Positions 27,101-41,000 of a stretch of 64,000 nucleotides of DNA are shown here, in pieces. The notes under the pieces are model-generated. The model saw only the letters and a list, made by a program, of their open reading frames with translations. It searched no databases and was not told the DNA's origin. The stretch is from Octopus bimaculoides. Taxonomy: Eukaryota. A program made the translations under genes and the position numbers. Where the stretch lies: positions 14,223,735 through 14,287,734 of the forward strand of contig NC_068987.1 in assembly GCF_001194135.2 (NCBI RefSeq). The letters run 5' to 3'. Numbering within the stretch: the stretch's first letter is position 1; every line of letters begins with the position of its first letter.

Positions 27101-27350
27101 GACATATCACCATCGTCTTCATTTTAATGTTCACTTTTTCATGCTTGCATATGTAGGATGGATTTTATGAAAGCAGATTTCCTATGGTAAGATGCCCTTC
27201 CTGTCATCAACCCTTGTGTTTCCAAGCAGGGAAATATTTCCCCATGGTTTGACATGTTCATGCAGAGTATTGGAAATGACACTACTTACTTAGGTGATTG
27301 GTGACACATACAACTAGCATTCAATCTCCTGCAACACACATACACAGACA

Positions 27351-27388
<38 letters not shown>

Positions 27389-28853
27389 CATGTACATGAT
27401 GGACTTTCAGTTTCTGTCTCCCAAATCCACTTATAAAGCTTAGGTTAGTCCAAGGCTATAGTAGGAGACACTTTCCCCAAGGTGCCTGCAGTGGAACTGA
27501 ACCTGAAACTATGTGATTGAAAAGCAAGGTTCTTAACCACAGAGCCATGCCTGACTTTTTACAAAATATTTTTAGACTGAGAACTCTTGCTTTTGAATTC
27601 TGTGGTCAGTTGCGTGGGAGGGACTAAAAGAACTGCAATAATTTCTGTGTGACGATCATTGACTGTCCATTCATTGTCTAGTCTGAAGGTTAAATATTTT
27701 TGCAGAGGACATCTTAAAATTTCAATGCACAACATTGAAAAGATGTGTGACAGTGGTAGGATGTGCGAAATATAATTAGAAGTTAGCTTTCTCTTAATAT
27801 TCCATTGGTATGCTCAATTCAAGCTATAGTTCAACACCACCAGGAGTGTATATGATTCCACTTTAGAAAATAACTGAATTGGATTGTTTCCAGTCACCTT
27901 TTTATTTTAACTATATCTCCATGATGTTTCATATGAATAGCACATGTCAATCTATCTTCAAGTCAAGGATGGCATATTCAGTTATTCAGTTGTCTTGAAA
28001 ATATTTGACATGGACCAAGATATGTGGTGCATTGTTATACTCAAGAAGACCCACCCACCACAACAGAATTGATGTCCTAAAACCAAGGTGCCACGCAGAA
28101 AGTATTGGTGTTGGTGTCACACAAATGGCACTGGTGATGGTGCTATGTAAAAAGCACCCACTACACCCTGTAAAGTGGTTGGCATTGGGAAGGGCACCCA
28201 ACCAAAACAGACTATGGAACCTGGTGTGGCCCCTGGCCTTGCCAGCTCCTTTCAAGTCATCCAACCCATACCAGCATCGAAAACAGATGTTAAATGATGA
28301 TGATCACATAAAATTCTTCATAATTGTTCTCTATATTTGGAGAATAATCATACATTGTGTTAAATACAAACATCTTGCTTGAATGTGCATTCTGACAACC
28401 TAACACCATTGTCTTACTAACGGCCTGGTTTCATTTTTCCTCCCGTTATATTATCACAAACACTTCAAATTCAATTTCAAGTCCCATCAGCAATTGGAAT
28501 CATTCTGCCATTCATCCCTCCAGAAAGATTTCCTCCCAACACTATCCACCACATGGCCATATCTTTTCTTCAGAAATTTTCTGTCTCTTTCTTGTTGTTT
28601 TACATTCAGTGTCTGTATTCAAGTTTATTCCCCAGAAACTTCTGTTAATGTTTTATTGTCCTTTATATTTTATACTGTTTTGTTATTTCAGAATTTCTCT
28701 CTACAAAGATACCCCCACGGAATAAATGAAGAGTATGCAAGACTAAAAAAAATGACCTTATCAAGATATGTAATATCAGTTATATAACCTTGAAGTAATT
28801 TATGAAGTTGTAAAGAAAGGTATTGCATTTGTATTTAATGAACAAGTGGAACA

Positions 28854-30767
28854 ATGGAGGAGGAACAATGTGAGAGTCAGCTTCATGATGATGAAGTCAA
28901 ATCTGAGGACGAGCAGCTTGACGATGAAGTAAGATCTGAAAGTCCAATTCATGATGATATAAAATCTGAGACAAAGTTAGATATAACAAAGAAATTATAC
29001 ACCTGTGATGTGTGTTTGCTAATCTTTTCTGATGTCGGAAGTTTGACAGAGCATAAACAGATACATGGGCCTGAAAAACCATATCCATGTGATATCTGTG
29101 GCAAATCATTTTCACACAAAACTAATTTAACTCGTCATCACAAACATGCACATTCTGAAGGCAAATCCTGCTGCTGTGATATCTGCGGTAAAACATTTAT
29201 GACAATCGAAACCTTAGCTACTCATAAACGCACTCATACAGATAAGAAACCATATCATTGTGATGTCTGTAGTGAAAGCTTTACAAAACGTAAAACATTG
29301 AATGTCCATAAACGTCGTCACACTGAGAAGCCACACGAATGTGATGTCTGTGGGAAAACATTCTCTCACAGTGCTTATTTAACTTCTCACAAACTGACCC
29401 ATTCAGAAGAGAAACCATATGAATGTGATAGCTGTAGTAAGACATTTTCTCGGAAAGATTACTTGAAACGTCACAGACGTGTTCACACTGGGGAAAAACC
29501 ATATGAATGCAATGTGTGTGAGAAATCGTTCTCTGGTAGTGCGAATCTAACTTGTCATAAGCGTAAACATACAGGTGAAAAACCATACGAGTGTAATATC
29601 TGTGGTAAAACATTCTCGACAGTTGGAAATCTATCTTCTCATAAACGAATTCACTCTGATGAGAAACCATACGAGTGTGATATCTGCCATAGAACATTCT
29701 CTCAAAGCGGACATTTAACTAATCATCAAAGTGTTCACACAGGTGAGAAGCCACATCGCTGTGATGTCTGCGGTAAAACGTTTTCAATCAGTGGAGATTT
29801 AACACGTCACAAACATAGTCACACTGTTGAGAGACCTTTCCCGTGTGATGTCTGTGATAAAAAGTTCACAACCAGTGAACATTTAGCTTCTCATAAACTT
29901 ATTCACATAGAGAAACCTCATGAGTGTGATGTCTGCGGTAAAACATTTTCAAGAAAAAGATATTTAATTAGACACAAACATATCCATACCGGGGACAAGT
30001 CTTACCACTGTGACATCTGTGGTAAATCATTCTTTATGCATGCAGACTTAATTCTTCACAAGCAAATTCATACAGGTGAGGAACCTTACCAGTGTGACAT
30101 ATGTAATAAAATATTTGCAAGAAAGAGGTATTTAGTTAGGCACAGACACATTCATAAAGGCAATAAAACTTCCCAGTCTGATAGTAACTGTGATAAAAAT
30201 GCACCTGAAGATGAAAATTCAGCTGATAATGAACCTGGAGATGAAAATTCAACAGCTAATAAAGATACTCACACAGAGAAACTACATCAGTGTGATGCCT
30301 GTGGTAAGATATTTGCACAGAAGAGATATTTAATTCGGCACAAACATATTCACTCAGATGAGAAGCCCTACCACTGTGATACGTGTGGTAAAACATTCTC
30401 TCGAAATGACTATTTGACACTTCACAAGCGTGTCCACTCAGGGGTAAAACCATATAACTGTGATGTTTGCGGTAAAGCATTCTCTACAACTAAAATTTTA
30501 ACTCGTCATAAACGAATTCACACCGGAGAAAAACCGTACCAATGTAATATGTGTGGTAAAACATTTACGTATAAAACTACTTTAAATTATCACCACCAGA
30601 AAAGCAAAGACTGCCTTTATATACCACACGGCTTGGATGTTCTTGCCTCTCAATCTGCAGCAGAGTCTTCTTATCCTTTGCCAGGAGCATCTCTAATGAC
30701 TTCGCAAAATCCTACAACCCACTATCCTACATCCAATATGGCTCTGTTAGCAGCACACTCGCTATAA
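28854..30767 (+). CDS. C2H2 zinc-finger protein, 637 aa, 17 C2H2 fingers plus an atypical terminal finger
   Basis: intact single-exon ORF; acidic N-terminus, tandem fingers, acidic spacer; acceptor atttcag at 28690-28691. Confidence 0.96.
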   Translation: MEEEQCESQLHDDEVKSEDEQLDDEVRSESPIHDDIKSETKLDITKKLYTCDVCLLIFSDVGSLTEHKQIHGPEKPYPCDICGKSFSHKTNLTRHHKHAHSEGKSCCCDICGKTFMTIETLATHKRTHTDKKPYHCDVCSESFTKRKTLNVHKRRHTEKPHECDVCGKTFSHSAYLTSHKLTHSEEKPYECDSCSKTFSRKDYLKRHRRVHTGEKPYECNVCEKSFSGSANLTCHKRKHTGEKPYECNICGKTFSTVGNLSSHKRIHSDEKPYECDICHRTFSQSGHLTNHQSVHTGEKPHRCDVCGKTFSISGDLTRHKHSHTVERPFPCDVCDKKFTTSEHLASHKLIHIEKPHECDVCGKTFSRKRYLIRHKHIHTGDKSYHCDICGKSFFMHADLILHKQIHTGEEPYQCDICNKIFARKRYLVRHRHIHKGNKTSQSDSNCDKNAPEDENSADNEPGDENSTANKDTHTEKLHQCDACGKIFAQKRYLIRHKHIHSDEKPYHCDTCGKTFSRNDYLTLHKRVHSGVKPYNCDVCGKAFSTTKILTRHKRIHTGEKPYQCNMCGKTFTYKTTLNYHHQKSKDCLYIPHGLDVLASQSAAESSYPLPGASLMTSQNPTTHYPTSNMALLAAHSL

Positions 30768-31259
30768 AAACTACAATGTCTACAGCTTGTATTGCTTCCA
30801 ACTCCAAACTGCATTTCAACAAAACTTTTCAAAACAGAGTTGTCATGTAAAAGGACTCCTGCTAAATATAACCATATCTAGGTGTCTGGTCTTGGGTGTG
30901 TTCTTTCCCTAAGCCTCTGTACTCTTTGGCCTACATCTTATCAACCAAAATCTTCAACCTTTCTCATTTTCCAGAAAGATCTATGGAAACATGCAGCAGT
31001 GTATTGCTTCTTCCAAAATGGGAATTACCAGCCTATTTATCTTTCTCTTACTCTCTTCCAGCACCTCAGAAATGATAACAGAAACAGTTGTAAACATTTT
31101 CTCCCTCAGTGGCCTCCATTAAGTATCTTTAGATGTATTTCAACTGGAGATTTGTTTTGTGAGTACTCTAGTGAAAGATGGCATTTTAATCCATTTTGCC
31201 TGAATACCTAAGCTGAGGTGCCTACCATTGGTTTATATCATGTCTTTTTGTCTGGATTT

Positions 31260-31620
31260 CTGCAAAATCAATGCACTGTTAAATGTGTGCAGATGAGGCC
31301 CTCACCAATACATATTTTATAAACTCTGGTCTACTCCATGGTCCAACTACATTTCCAACACTTCTATGCAGACGATTTTACTGTCGCTCTTACATACATC
31401 CAAGCCCAACACGGGTCTTGTGCTTTTTCCATGAAACCGAGGAAGCTTGAACAGATTCTTCATGACTTTAATGACAATCTAATCTCTTTCAACAACATAA
31501 TAACAAGCCAAGCAGTCAATCCTGTATTTCATCCTCTATAAACATGATCGAAGTCCCAGAAAGTGCAAGATCTCACAATCTTCAATGATCTCTCATGGTA
31601 ATCTCTTGTGCTAAACACTT
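31260..31620 (+). mobile_element. LINE reverse-transcriptase remnant
   Basis: HFYADDFTVAL (YADD motif); otherwise decayed. Confidence 0.45.
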
Positions 31621-33097
31621 TTCACAATCCTCCGGAGCTTCATATCGTTCCTGTCAATAAAAAAGTGTAAACATTGACAATATGCTTAGTCATGTGTGCA
31701 AATTATGATCTCTACAGATGTTTACTCCAAAGTCATTGTAGAATGAGACTTCAGTGTTTTCTTGTAGGAAGACTCGATTGATTTGCTGTGGTGTGTGTAT
31801 AATTCCTCATGCCAATATGATTGATATCTGTAGTTAAAACATTTGTAACAGATATTTGGTTTTCCACAAACATTCATATAGTTCATAACGATACTCATAG
31901 TATATGTCATTCTTATTCACCAATTTCCATAAACCTATTCATACAGGTGGCATTAATGATAAAATATTCTAGAAATTCTGTTTTAACTAGTCTCATGTCA
32001 TAACTGAAAATCATTGTCGCAATTAAAGAAGCTATCACAACACAATAAATCACGGTATGTTGCCTGAATGAAATGTGTTTATATTAGAATTTTTAGTAAA
32101 TCTTAGAAAATGAGTGACAGTTTTGTTTATAGTGCTATTGTAACATTTTTGGTAGAATTGTTTGAAAGACAACCATAAAATACAGCTGTAATATTTCACC
32201 ATTCCTGACTCTTTAATTTTATATATATATATATAGATGTTACACATGATTGAGAAGGTCTTTGATGAAAAAAAATATTAAAAGTTGCATAAATGTAACT
32301 TTTCCTTTGAAATATTTCCATGTTAAATTCTTACAGTAGTTTAACTTTTTCCCTTTCAAATTGACAGAAATTGGAGGTTATTTTTGTAAATTACGTTCCA
32401 GAATCCTCCTCGACATTGTGTTTAAGCTGATTATAAACTGCTATTTGTCACTATAACCATTAACTTGGTCAAATCTTATTTTTTAAAGATAAATTTTATG
32501 TTGTAATTATATTTGAAATGGATATATAGAACTGTCTGTCAAATTATTACTCCTTTGGAAATGTTTTGTTACATTTCTGATTTACTTACAGTGGATTAAC
32601 TTGAATAATGAATCTGGCTATAAATATGCAGTTATCAAAATTGTATCACTTAATTGCTGGCAATAAATGTGTATTTTAAAAAATAATCTTCTGATGTAAA
32701 AGTTGTCCTTCGAAATCTTATCTCATGGGATATCTTCAAATATATAAGTGCCAAATGAATGAATACATCAAAATTATAATGTAAAATCTAAATAATAAAT
32801 ATGATGAATTTCTCAATTTTTGCTTCATTTTTGTAAAAAGTGAATTTTCATTTATTCTTAAAATTTCAACTCTAAAACTTTTCAGGAGTTGGGATTTTTT
32901 TTCTTGATGGAATTTTTTCAGGAATGTGTAAAGCACCCATTACATCCTCAGAGTGGTTGGTGTTAGGAAGGGCAGCCAGCCATGGAAACCATGCCAAATC
33001 AAACTGGAGTCTGGTGCAGCCCTGGTTAATGCATGACCCAGAGAACTATCGGAGGGATAAAAGCAATGTTGATAGGCAGATGTTCATTAATACTTGC

Positions 33098-33455
33098 TTG
33101 TGGAAGCGCAATGGCCCAGTGGTTAGGGCAGCGGACTCGCGGTTTCAATTCCCAGACCAGGCGTTGTGAGTGTTTATTGAGCGAAAACACCTAAAGCTCC
33201 ACAAGGCTCCGGCAGGGGATGGTGGCGAACCCTGCTGTACTGTTTCACCACAACTTTCTCTCACTCTTACTTCCTGTTTCTGTTGTAATCTGTATTTCAA
33301 AGGGCCAGCCTTGTCATGTTGAATCTCCCAGAGAACTACGTTAAGGGTACACGTGTCTGTGGAGTGCTCAGCCACTTGCACGTTAATTTCATGAGCAAGC
33401 TGTTCTGTTGATCAGATCAACTGGAACCCTTGTCGTAACCGATGGAGTGCCAACC
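33098..33455 (+). mobile_element. tRNA-derived SINE (family also at 36545-36905 and partial minus copy ~1230-1420)
   Basis: head gcgcaatggcccagtggttagggcag; body shared between copies (aaagggccagccttgtca, gtggagtgctcagccacttgca). Confidence 0.8.
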
Positions 33456-34731
33456 AACCAACCAACCAATACATGCTTACAAAGAGTCTGTCTTGAACCC
33501 ATTTCTATTTATAGTTCTTGAAGAAATAACAAGTGTAAGAGTGAATTCCTTTGAGAACATCAATATTTCTTTCATGGGAGAACAGCCCAAGAATGTATGT
33601 AGAACTAAACAAGTTAGGGAATCTCAAATTTCAATTCTAAATATGAACTCAATTCTGTGTACTTTGTACAAGCAAGGACCTATGCATGATATAGATTAAC
33701 CCAGCAAGTGTTAGTTGTAAGGCAAGTTACGTATTATATATGGCTGATATTAACCATTAGCATTAACCTATCTCCTGACAGCAATATATACAATCAAGTT
33801 TTTTTTCCCTTTTTACACCCTACAATAACTACATTAAGTTACCTCAAAGAAAAACTAAAATACATGATAGCCCCACAGTACATAAGTACTAATGCACATG
33901 GTTTATCCCATTCCTTACAACACGAGTATAGTATTCAATGAAGCTAGTAATTTCCTATCTTTAAAACATCAATGTAGGCTCTTTGAGAAAACTGTTTGCT
34001 ATACTTGCTTAGAAAGCATCATATCCCAAATATCCAACCAAAGTCATACTGACTATGCAGTCATAGTAAATTTACATTCTGGCCATACCACAAAGGCACT
34101 AGTGTACATAACAAAAATAAGACAGTACTGAAAATTATCAAAGAAAATATGTTCAAAACAAGGCATACACAGCACACTCAATTACATCTTGAAACTGATA
34201 TAACTTGATCTTCTTATTCCAGTACATCTGGAGTTAACAATATACCTATAAACTGGAGCATTGTTGAGATTGCTTCCAAATATATCTCTTCCAGTCAGTA
34301 TGATCTAAAAGTAAGCATCATTTCTAGAAAGATTCACTGTTACCTTGCAACAGTCTGCCAATCTCATGTTGCCAGACATTCCTGAACCTTCTGCCAAAGT
34401 TCCATTCATCTTTTTTTTACACTTTAAGGATCACACATTGCAAAAAACTGAATAGCAACTATTATCCACAGCTTCAAGTACACACACACACACACACACA
34501 CATTCCATGGTTATGTAAAAATGTGTTCCATTTTCTTGTCTTCTCATAGTCACTGTTTGATTTCTTTCACTTACCTAGAGTAGTGCTGTTTTTTTTAAAA
34601 ATTTTATTTTGTCCAGGTGTGGCCGTGTGGTTAAGAAGCTTGTTTCCTAGTCATGTGGTCTTGGGTTTGGTTTCACTAAATGGCACCATGGGCAAGCCCT
34701 GGACCAATCAAAGCCTTATGAGTGGATCTGC

Positions 34732-34769
<38 letters not shown>

Positions 34770-35364
34770 TCATCATCATTTAATGTCTGTTGCCCATGCT
34801 GGCATGGGTAGGACAGTTTAGCTGAGCTGGAAGGCTGCACCAGACTCCAGTCTGATTTGGCATGGTTTTCTATTGCTGGATGCCCTTCCTAATGCCAACC
34901 ACTCTGAGAGTGTAATGGGTGCTTTTACATGCCACTGGCACAGGTACCATTTGCGTGACACTGGGGTGCTTTTACATGCCACTGGCATGAGTGCCAATTT
35001 ATGTGACTCCGATATCTGCCATGACTGCGATTTTGCTTGGCTTGATGGGTCTTCTTCTCAAGCATGACATAATACCAAAGGTCTTGGTTATTGCTTCCGT
35101 GAGGCCCAACACTCGAAAGGAACTCAGTCATTTTGCATGTCAGTGTACTCTTTACTAGACATCACATAATGGCTGTAACTGAGTATTGTCATACAAGCAA
35201 TGCGAAAAACGTGTATTTATGGGGAAATATTACCTTGCTTAAAACAGTTGAGGGTTGGCAACAGGAAGGGCTTCTAACTACAAAATCTGCCCCAACAAAT
35301 TCCATCCGACCCTTGCTTTAACTTCCTCAGACTAACGACTCACATACTGTACTGACTGGTTAAT

Positions 35365-35589
35365 ATGTCTCCGAAGAAATCACGCAAATACTGCTGTATA
35401 TGCAGCCACTATAGAGGGAAGAATGTAGACGGCAAAGTTATTTCACTACATAGATATCCTGCAAACGTAGCTATTCGTCGTATTTGGCTTCAGAGATCGA
35501 GACTTGTGAGGAAAGATTTTGTTTACACTGCAAATAGCCAAATGTGTTCCCAGCATTTCGTGTACGTTGGGCTAAACACGAATGTTTAA
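35365..35589 (+). CDS. THAP-domain mini-ORF, probably transposon-derived, C-terminally truncated
   Basis: C10-x2-C13-x47-C61-x2-H64 with SLHRYP, conserved W and CSQHF; no AVP box, no transposase core. Confidence 0.65.
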   Translation: MSPKKSRKYCCICSHYRGKNVDGKVISLHRYPANVAIRRIWLQRSRLVRKDFVYTANSQMCSQHFVYVGLNTNV

Positions 35590-35832
35590 TCTAATAATTG
35601 TTGTGTTGATGTACAGGTATTTTTAATAAAGAACTTTGCATTCAAATAATAAATACATTCAAATTGTTGTTAATGTTCTGACTGAATGTGGGAATTTCGA
35701 GTAAGCCAAGCTATGATATTTTTCTTTATATATATATATATTTATTTATTAATAAGGGTAGAAATTGATATTAATCAATTAGAACTAGTGGTCTAGCATA
35801 TTAAAAAAATCCGAAGATTAAAATTATATTAC

Positions 35833-35957
35833 ATACAAAAATAAGACGAATGACCAGCAAAAGTGGACTCCTTTATGCTAGAAATAGATGCCGAATCGGC
35901 ATCTATTTCTAGCATAAAGGAGTCCACTTTTTCTGGTCATTCCTCTTATTTTTGTAT
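35833..35957. repeat. near-perfect 125-bp palindrome (62-bp arms, 1-nt loop)
   Basis: arms 35833-35894 and 35896-35957, 2 mismatches; flanked by (TA)n. Confidence 0.95.
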
Positions 35958-36544
35958 ATATATATATATGTGTGTGTGTGTTTGATTAAATGATAAATTT
36001 ACAGCATTGAATCTAATAGTCCTCTAATTATTAGACTTTATAGTGTGACTGTCCCTACCTCATCATGCTCATGGCCAAATCAGTGAATGGTTGCTGAAAA
36101 CTATGACCACGTAAAACCGTATTTAACTTATTTGCAGAATATACAAGTGAATGGATGTCTAGAAGATATTGAGACCATATAATCTTAAATATTTCTTTAA
36201 TTCAGGCACAGTAAGTACTTCGATAGCTGAATCATCGAGCTGCTTTATATCCATGATAAGACGTAAAACAATAACGTGGATAGTCTGCGGAAGTTTAATT
36301 GTCTACATGGAGCGCCGCCTAGCCAAGGGAGATAACCTACTTATAGGAAAGCCCTGTTCAGATATTTTATGCTTGGGGTCATTTTAATTTCGTAGTAATA
36401 CCTCCCTCAGAGAAAGAATACTCATTTTCTGTCCAGACAGATTATTTAGCTTATGACTATTTATAATGCATACAAATTTGAATAGCATCTGATCTGCCTA
36501 ATTTACATAGCAGGGCTTACACTGACATTAATAGTGTGTTATAC

Positions 36545-36905
36545 AACGTGGATGCGCAATGGCCCCATGGTTAGGGCAGTGGACTCGCGGTATCGATTCC
36601 CAGACCCGGGGGGGTTGTGAGTGTTTATTGACCGAAAACACCTAAAAGCTCCACGAGGCTCCGGCAGGGGGTGATGGCGAACCCTACTGTACTCTTTCAC
36701 CACATCCTTCTTCCTGTTTCTATTGTACCTGCATTTCAAAGGGCCAGCCTTGTCACATACACTGTATCATGCTGAATCTCCCCGAGAACTACGTGTCTGT
36801 GGAGTGCTCAGCCACTTACACGCTAATTTCACGAGCTGACTGTTCCGTTGATCGGATCAACTGGAACCCTCGTCGTCGTAACCGACGGAGTGCCACGACT
36901 ACACA
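36545..36905 (+). mobile_element. tRNA-derived SINE, near full length
   Basis: paralog of 33098-33455 copy; CpG-rich, ends before a poly-T run. Confidence 0.8.
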
Positions 36906-37976
36906 AAGTTTTTTTTTTTTTTTTTTTTCAGAATGTAAGGTATACGTTTTCAATTAAAATAATTTTGTTGTGAAAAGTTCGCAGTTTTTATCAATTTGAA
37001 GGCAGAAAAAAAGAGATTAGAATGAGTAGATGGGTACTCTTTCTCTGTAGAATGTCTAACAAGCCTATAAAATAATCATACTGATTCCCTTTCTTGCCTA
37101 CAATAAAACCCTTTGCTGACGATTTGCTACGAGATTAAATGGCATGTTTATTTAGAAGTATACCTTATATTTCAAAGTATCTAAAAACGCCGAGTAGTGC
37201 AATATATATAAATATATATATATCGCGCGCGCACACACACACATATAACGCGTACGTTGGTTTACGTCGGACGAATGAGATACTTTGGTGAAGTTTATTT
37301 TTGCTGAGGTATTTAAGAAGCAGAAACATGTCGGAAGCTGACACCTGTTAGTTGTCGAAATGATTAAAATGTTATTTATTGCGCTAAGGGTGCTTTCCCC
37401 CTCGGTGCATAAATCAGAGTATTTCTAATTAAATGCTAGCACTGACTTAATTGTTTTTCATGTAGAAAACATCTCTGAGTAATTAACGTAAGCGATTTGT
37501 TTTCTCGCATATTTTATAATGTTGCCAAAAATTCTACAATCACCTGTTTTAAAAATAATTATCCTTTCTATTACAGGCTTTTTGGAATTTGGGGAAGAAA
37601 GGCTAGTCAACTGGTACTTATTTTATCGAACCCCAAAGGGATGAAAAGCAAAGTCAATCTGGGCGAAATTTGAATCCAGAGCGTAAAGAGACGAAGGGAA
37701 TACAACTTAAGCATTTTGTTTGACTCGCTAACGATTCAGCCTTTAATAATTGTCTCTTGTTTTGTCTGAAACGCAGCAATTTGTGAGGAAGAGGCCAGTG
37801 CTCAACTGGTACATATTTTATCGACCTCGAAAGGATGAAAGGCAAAGTCTCGGCGGAATTTGAATTCAGAACCTAAAAGATTAGAAAAAATGTCGCTAAG
37901 CATTTGTTTGGCGCGCTATGATAATAATACCATTAATTATTTTGTCCTTCGCCTTCCAAATATTTCTTGTAAGTAG

Positions 37977-38161
37977 TCAGCTACGAAAGTAAGGCTGTTA
38001 GTTTAGGTCTGTGTAATTATTTGTATCACTTAGTTTGTTCTTTTCTGTCATTAATGTCTTAATGAACATTATCCAAATGTGTTGTTTTATTAATGTCCTC
38101 ACATTTCTATATTTTTTCACTTCTAACTACACCAAATAGTGAAGAAAAATATTAGAAAACA
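37977..38161 (+). promoter_or_regulatory. candidate initiator plus non-coding first exon of ZNF 47053
   Basis: TCAGCTACGAAAG start; accaaatagtgaagaaaaatattagaaaaca/GTAAGTT. Confidence 0.55.
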
Positions 38162-39894
38162 GTAAGTTGTACAAATATATCTCTCCTCATGACGAACTTT
38201 AGTTTGATTGTTTTACGTGCGATAAGAAAAATAACTGTTTATGTCGTTATTCTTGAATATTCACTAAAGCTATCAAAACAAATTCTTATAATGATTACAT
38301 TAAGTCTGTGTTTATTTAATAAATTATTTTCCGAATTTTATTTTATCGTACTAGTTCATAGTATATCTGTTTTGAAACACTCATAATCGCCAGTGTTTCT
38401 TCCCAATGGGTAGCAATATAAATTATAACTTTATATTTATGTTTGTTATTCCCTTAATATTTTTGTCTTCAGGAAATTTCAAATATCAAAGACTTGTGTG
38501 ATAGAGCTGTCTTTCTTTAATAATTACTAACACCTTTCTTAATTATACAAACATTAAAGTTTATAAGATTGTCGTTAAATGCACCACTGTCACATTTATG
38601 TCAGTGTGTGATTGTCATGAATTTTTTGTGCAAGAACACAGTTTTAGTTCCAATGACAATTATACCAAATATGAGTGTATATAATGTAAATATATTAATG
38701 GTGAGCATAGTTTTTATTAATGGTCATCGTTATAGTTAATGAAGCAATGTTAATCTTACAGCACATACCAGATTTAAATGTCAGAAGAACTGAGAATTTC
38801 TATAGAAATGGTTAGTTTCTTTGGCGGTTGGAATTTTTTGTTATTTTAAGTAATATACCAAAATTTCGAAATTTATATAACGACTAGAGGCAGTGTGAGA
38901 AAGTATATCGAATTTACCAATTTTTGTAACGACCAAAGGTAGAATAAGAGATATTATTCAGATTTCTCGCAGCATAATTATTTCAAAATATTTTCATTGT
39001 TTGGCAGCCGGCGGATGAATTCTTTTGCAGGTGTGCTGCGGTTGGCCTGTTTGGCTTCATAGGAATTTTATTTCCATGCAGTGGAGTTTGGTAAAAGCAG
39101 TTGGGAAAAGGAATTTGATTTGTTGTAAGCAAGAGGCGAGCAAAATTTGAATGCTTTGGGCAGAACACTTCATCAGAGAAGGACGTTTTAGTTTGTTAAT
39201 TTTATATTATCTAAAATAGAAATTGTTCAGTTATTTTTGTGATAGAATATTAAAAAAAAAAGTTATGAATTAAATTATTCAGTATTTTCAATGACCAGTA
39301 ATTAGATATCAGAAATTGAGGTAAAATATAAGAAAGCCCTTTAGTTTCTTTCAATGGTGAGGAACTGGTCTTGATACCTTCAGACAACAACTTGATGTCC
39401 ACTCAAAATCTACATTGCAAAGCTCTGTACAAACCTATAGCCATAATCAAAACATCTCCCAAAATAGCCATTTGAGAGCTGAAAGAGAAATGATACGGTC
39501 TCTTTGCTACATTGATTGTTGGATGAACAAACCCCTCTTCTGAAAGGAAGGGCTTTTTATCAGTCGATTAAGCAAAATAGAATGAGGGTAGACTGCCAGT
39601 GTTGACTACTAGTGTAACTATAACCTGCAAGTTATTGCGATGTGGATATTTAGTATTCCAATATGCAAACAGAAGAAAATAAAGTCAACTTTAGCAGGTG
39701 CAGGTCTGGCTGTGTAGTTGAGAAGCTTCCTTCCCAACCAAGTGGTCTCAGGTTCTGTCCCACTGTGCAGCACCTTAGGCAAGTGTCATCTACTAATAGC
39801 CTTGGGTTGACCAAAGCCTTGTGAATAGATTTTCTGGATGGAAGCAGTAGAAGCCCTTCATATATGCATGTGTGTGTATGTATATATGTATGTA

Positions 39895-40080
39895 CAGGGG
39901 CATAGCTAGGGTGGGGCAAGCAGGGCACATGCCCTGGGTGCCACTTTGAGGGGGATGCAACTTTGGCCCAAATCATTTTCTAATTCAGCCATTTCTATGC
40001 GAGTTTCCACTTTTTGGTTGGGAGTAGGAGCACAATTTTGATACTTTCCCTGGGCACCATTTACCTTAGCTGCACCCCTG
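39895..40080. mobile_element. hAT-type MITE (186 bp)
   Basis: TIRs CAGGGGCATAGCTAGGGT / CAGGGGTGCAGCTAAGGT; 8-bp TSD TGTATGTA on both sides. Confidence 0.85.
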
Positions 40081-41000
40081 TGTATGTATGCATATACCCT
40101 TGTTTTGACATGATGATCATAAATAAATCTCACTGTCATGCAAGCAATGTTGTTTCTTTCCAATCTTCTGTGGAAAAATGGGAAAATAGATGTTACGTGA
40201 TAATGGTGAACTATAAATGTGTTGAAGCTTGCTATTGTAGTGTTTGGATCCAAGTTTGTATGGAACTTCAGGTTGATGGCAAAATTCTGTCGAACCTCAG
40301 GTGTTTGTCAGCTTGATGCCAATGCATAGTTTCTTTTCTTGATCTTGTTCAACTGGTCTTCATGTGTTTGGGTTCTTCCTGCAATGTATGGTGTCAGGTG
40401 TTAGTTTTGTTTCTATTTTTCCTTCTTGTTTCCTAATCTTTGCAGTTTTTGCTTGCTGATAGGCTGGCAAATAACAAGATATGACCTCGAAATATTATTT
40501 ACTCTGATCAGTGGTTAGAAAATTTGTAGGCTTTGGCTTGATGATGCCAATTACAGTCATTATTTTGTTGATCCTGTTACTGGAGTCCACACCCAAAACA
40601 TTGAGTGTAAGCAGTAAACAGACTGATCTAGATCTTGAAAAAGACAAGTATATTTGCTCAATACCCACCTTCCTTCAAAAAATACTGTAAAGATTTGATC
40701 CAGGGGAGAGTTCCTGTGATGGAAAGGTTTCTGAATTTGCAGCTAAAATTCACCCATCAGTTCATGTGAATCATGAATGACCTCATTTTCTGTCATTTAA
40801 CCTCCAGTAATCACAAAGAAAAACTTTAGTCTCTCTTTGTTTATCTTATTTCCTCTTTACTTTCTGCAATTAAGAAAAGGTATAAATATATATATATATT
40901 TATGGAGATGTACTTGTATAGCAAGTGACCTGATCTGAGATCGTGTGCTGGAACGAAAACAATTGCAGCATGGAAGGTGTTTATAAGCCATTTAAGAAAC

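Noticed and set aside
28897-30480. Antisense ORFs over ZNF genes (also 17882-18097 and 47393-48700)
   Set aside because: Shadow frames of the repetitive finger codons; no independent signals
35833-35957. Hammerhead or pre-miRNA in the 125-bp palindrome
   Set aside because: No CUGANGA-like core on either strand; near-perfect pairing and a 1-nt loop are unlike typical pre-miRNAs
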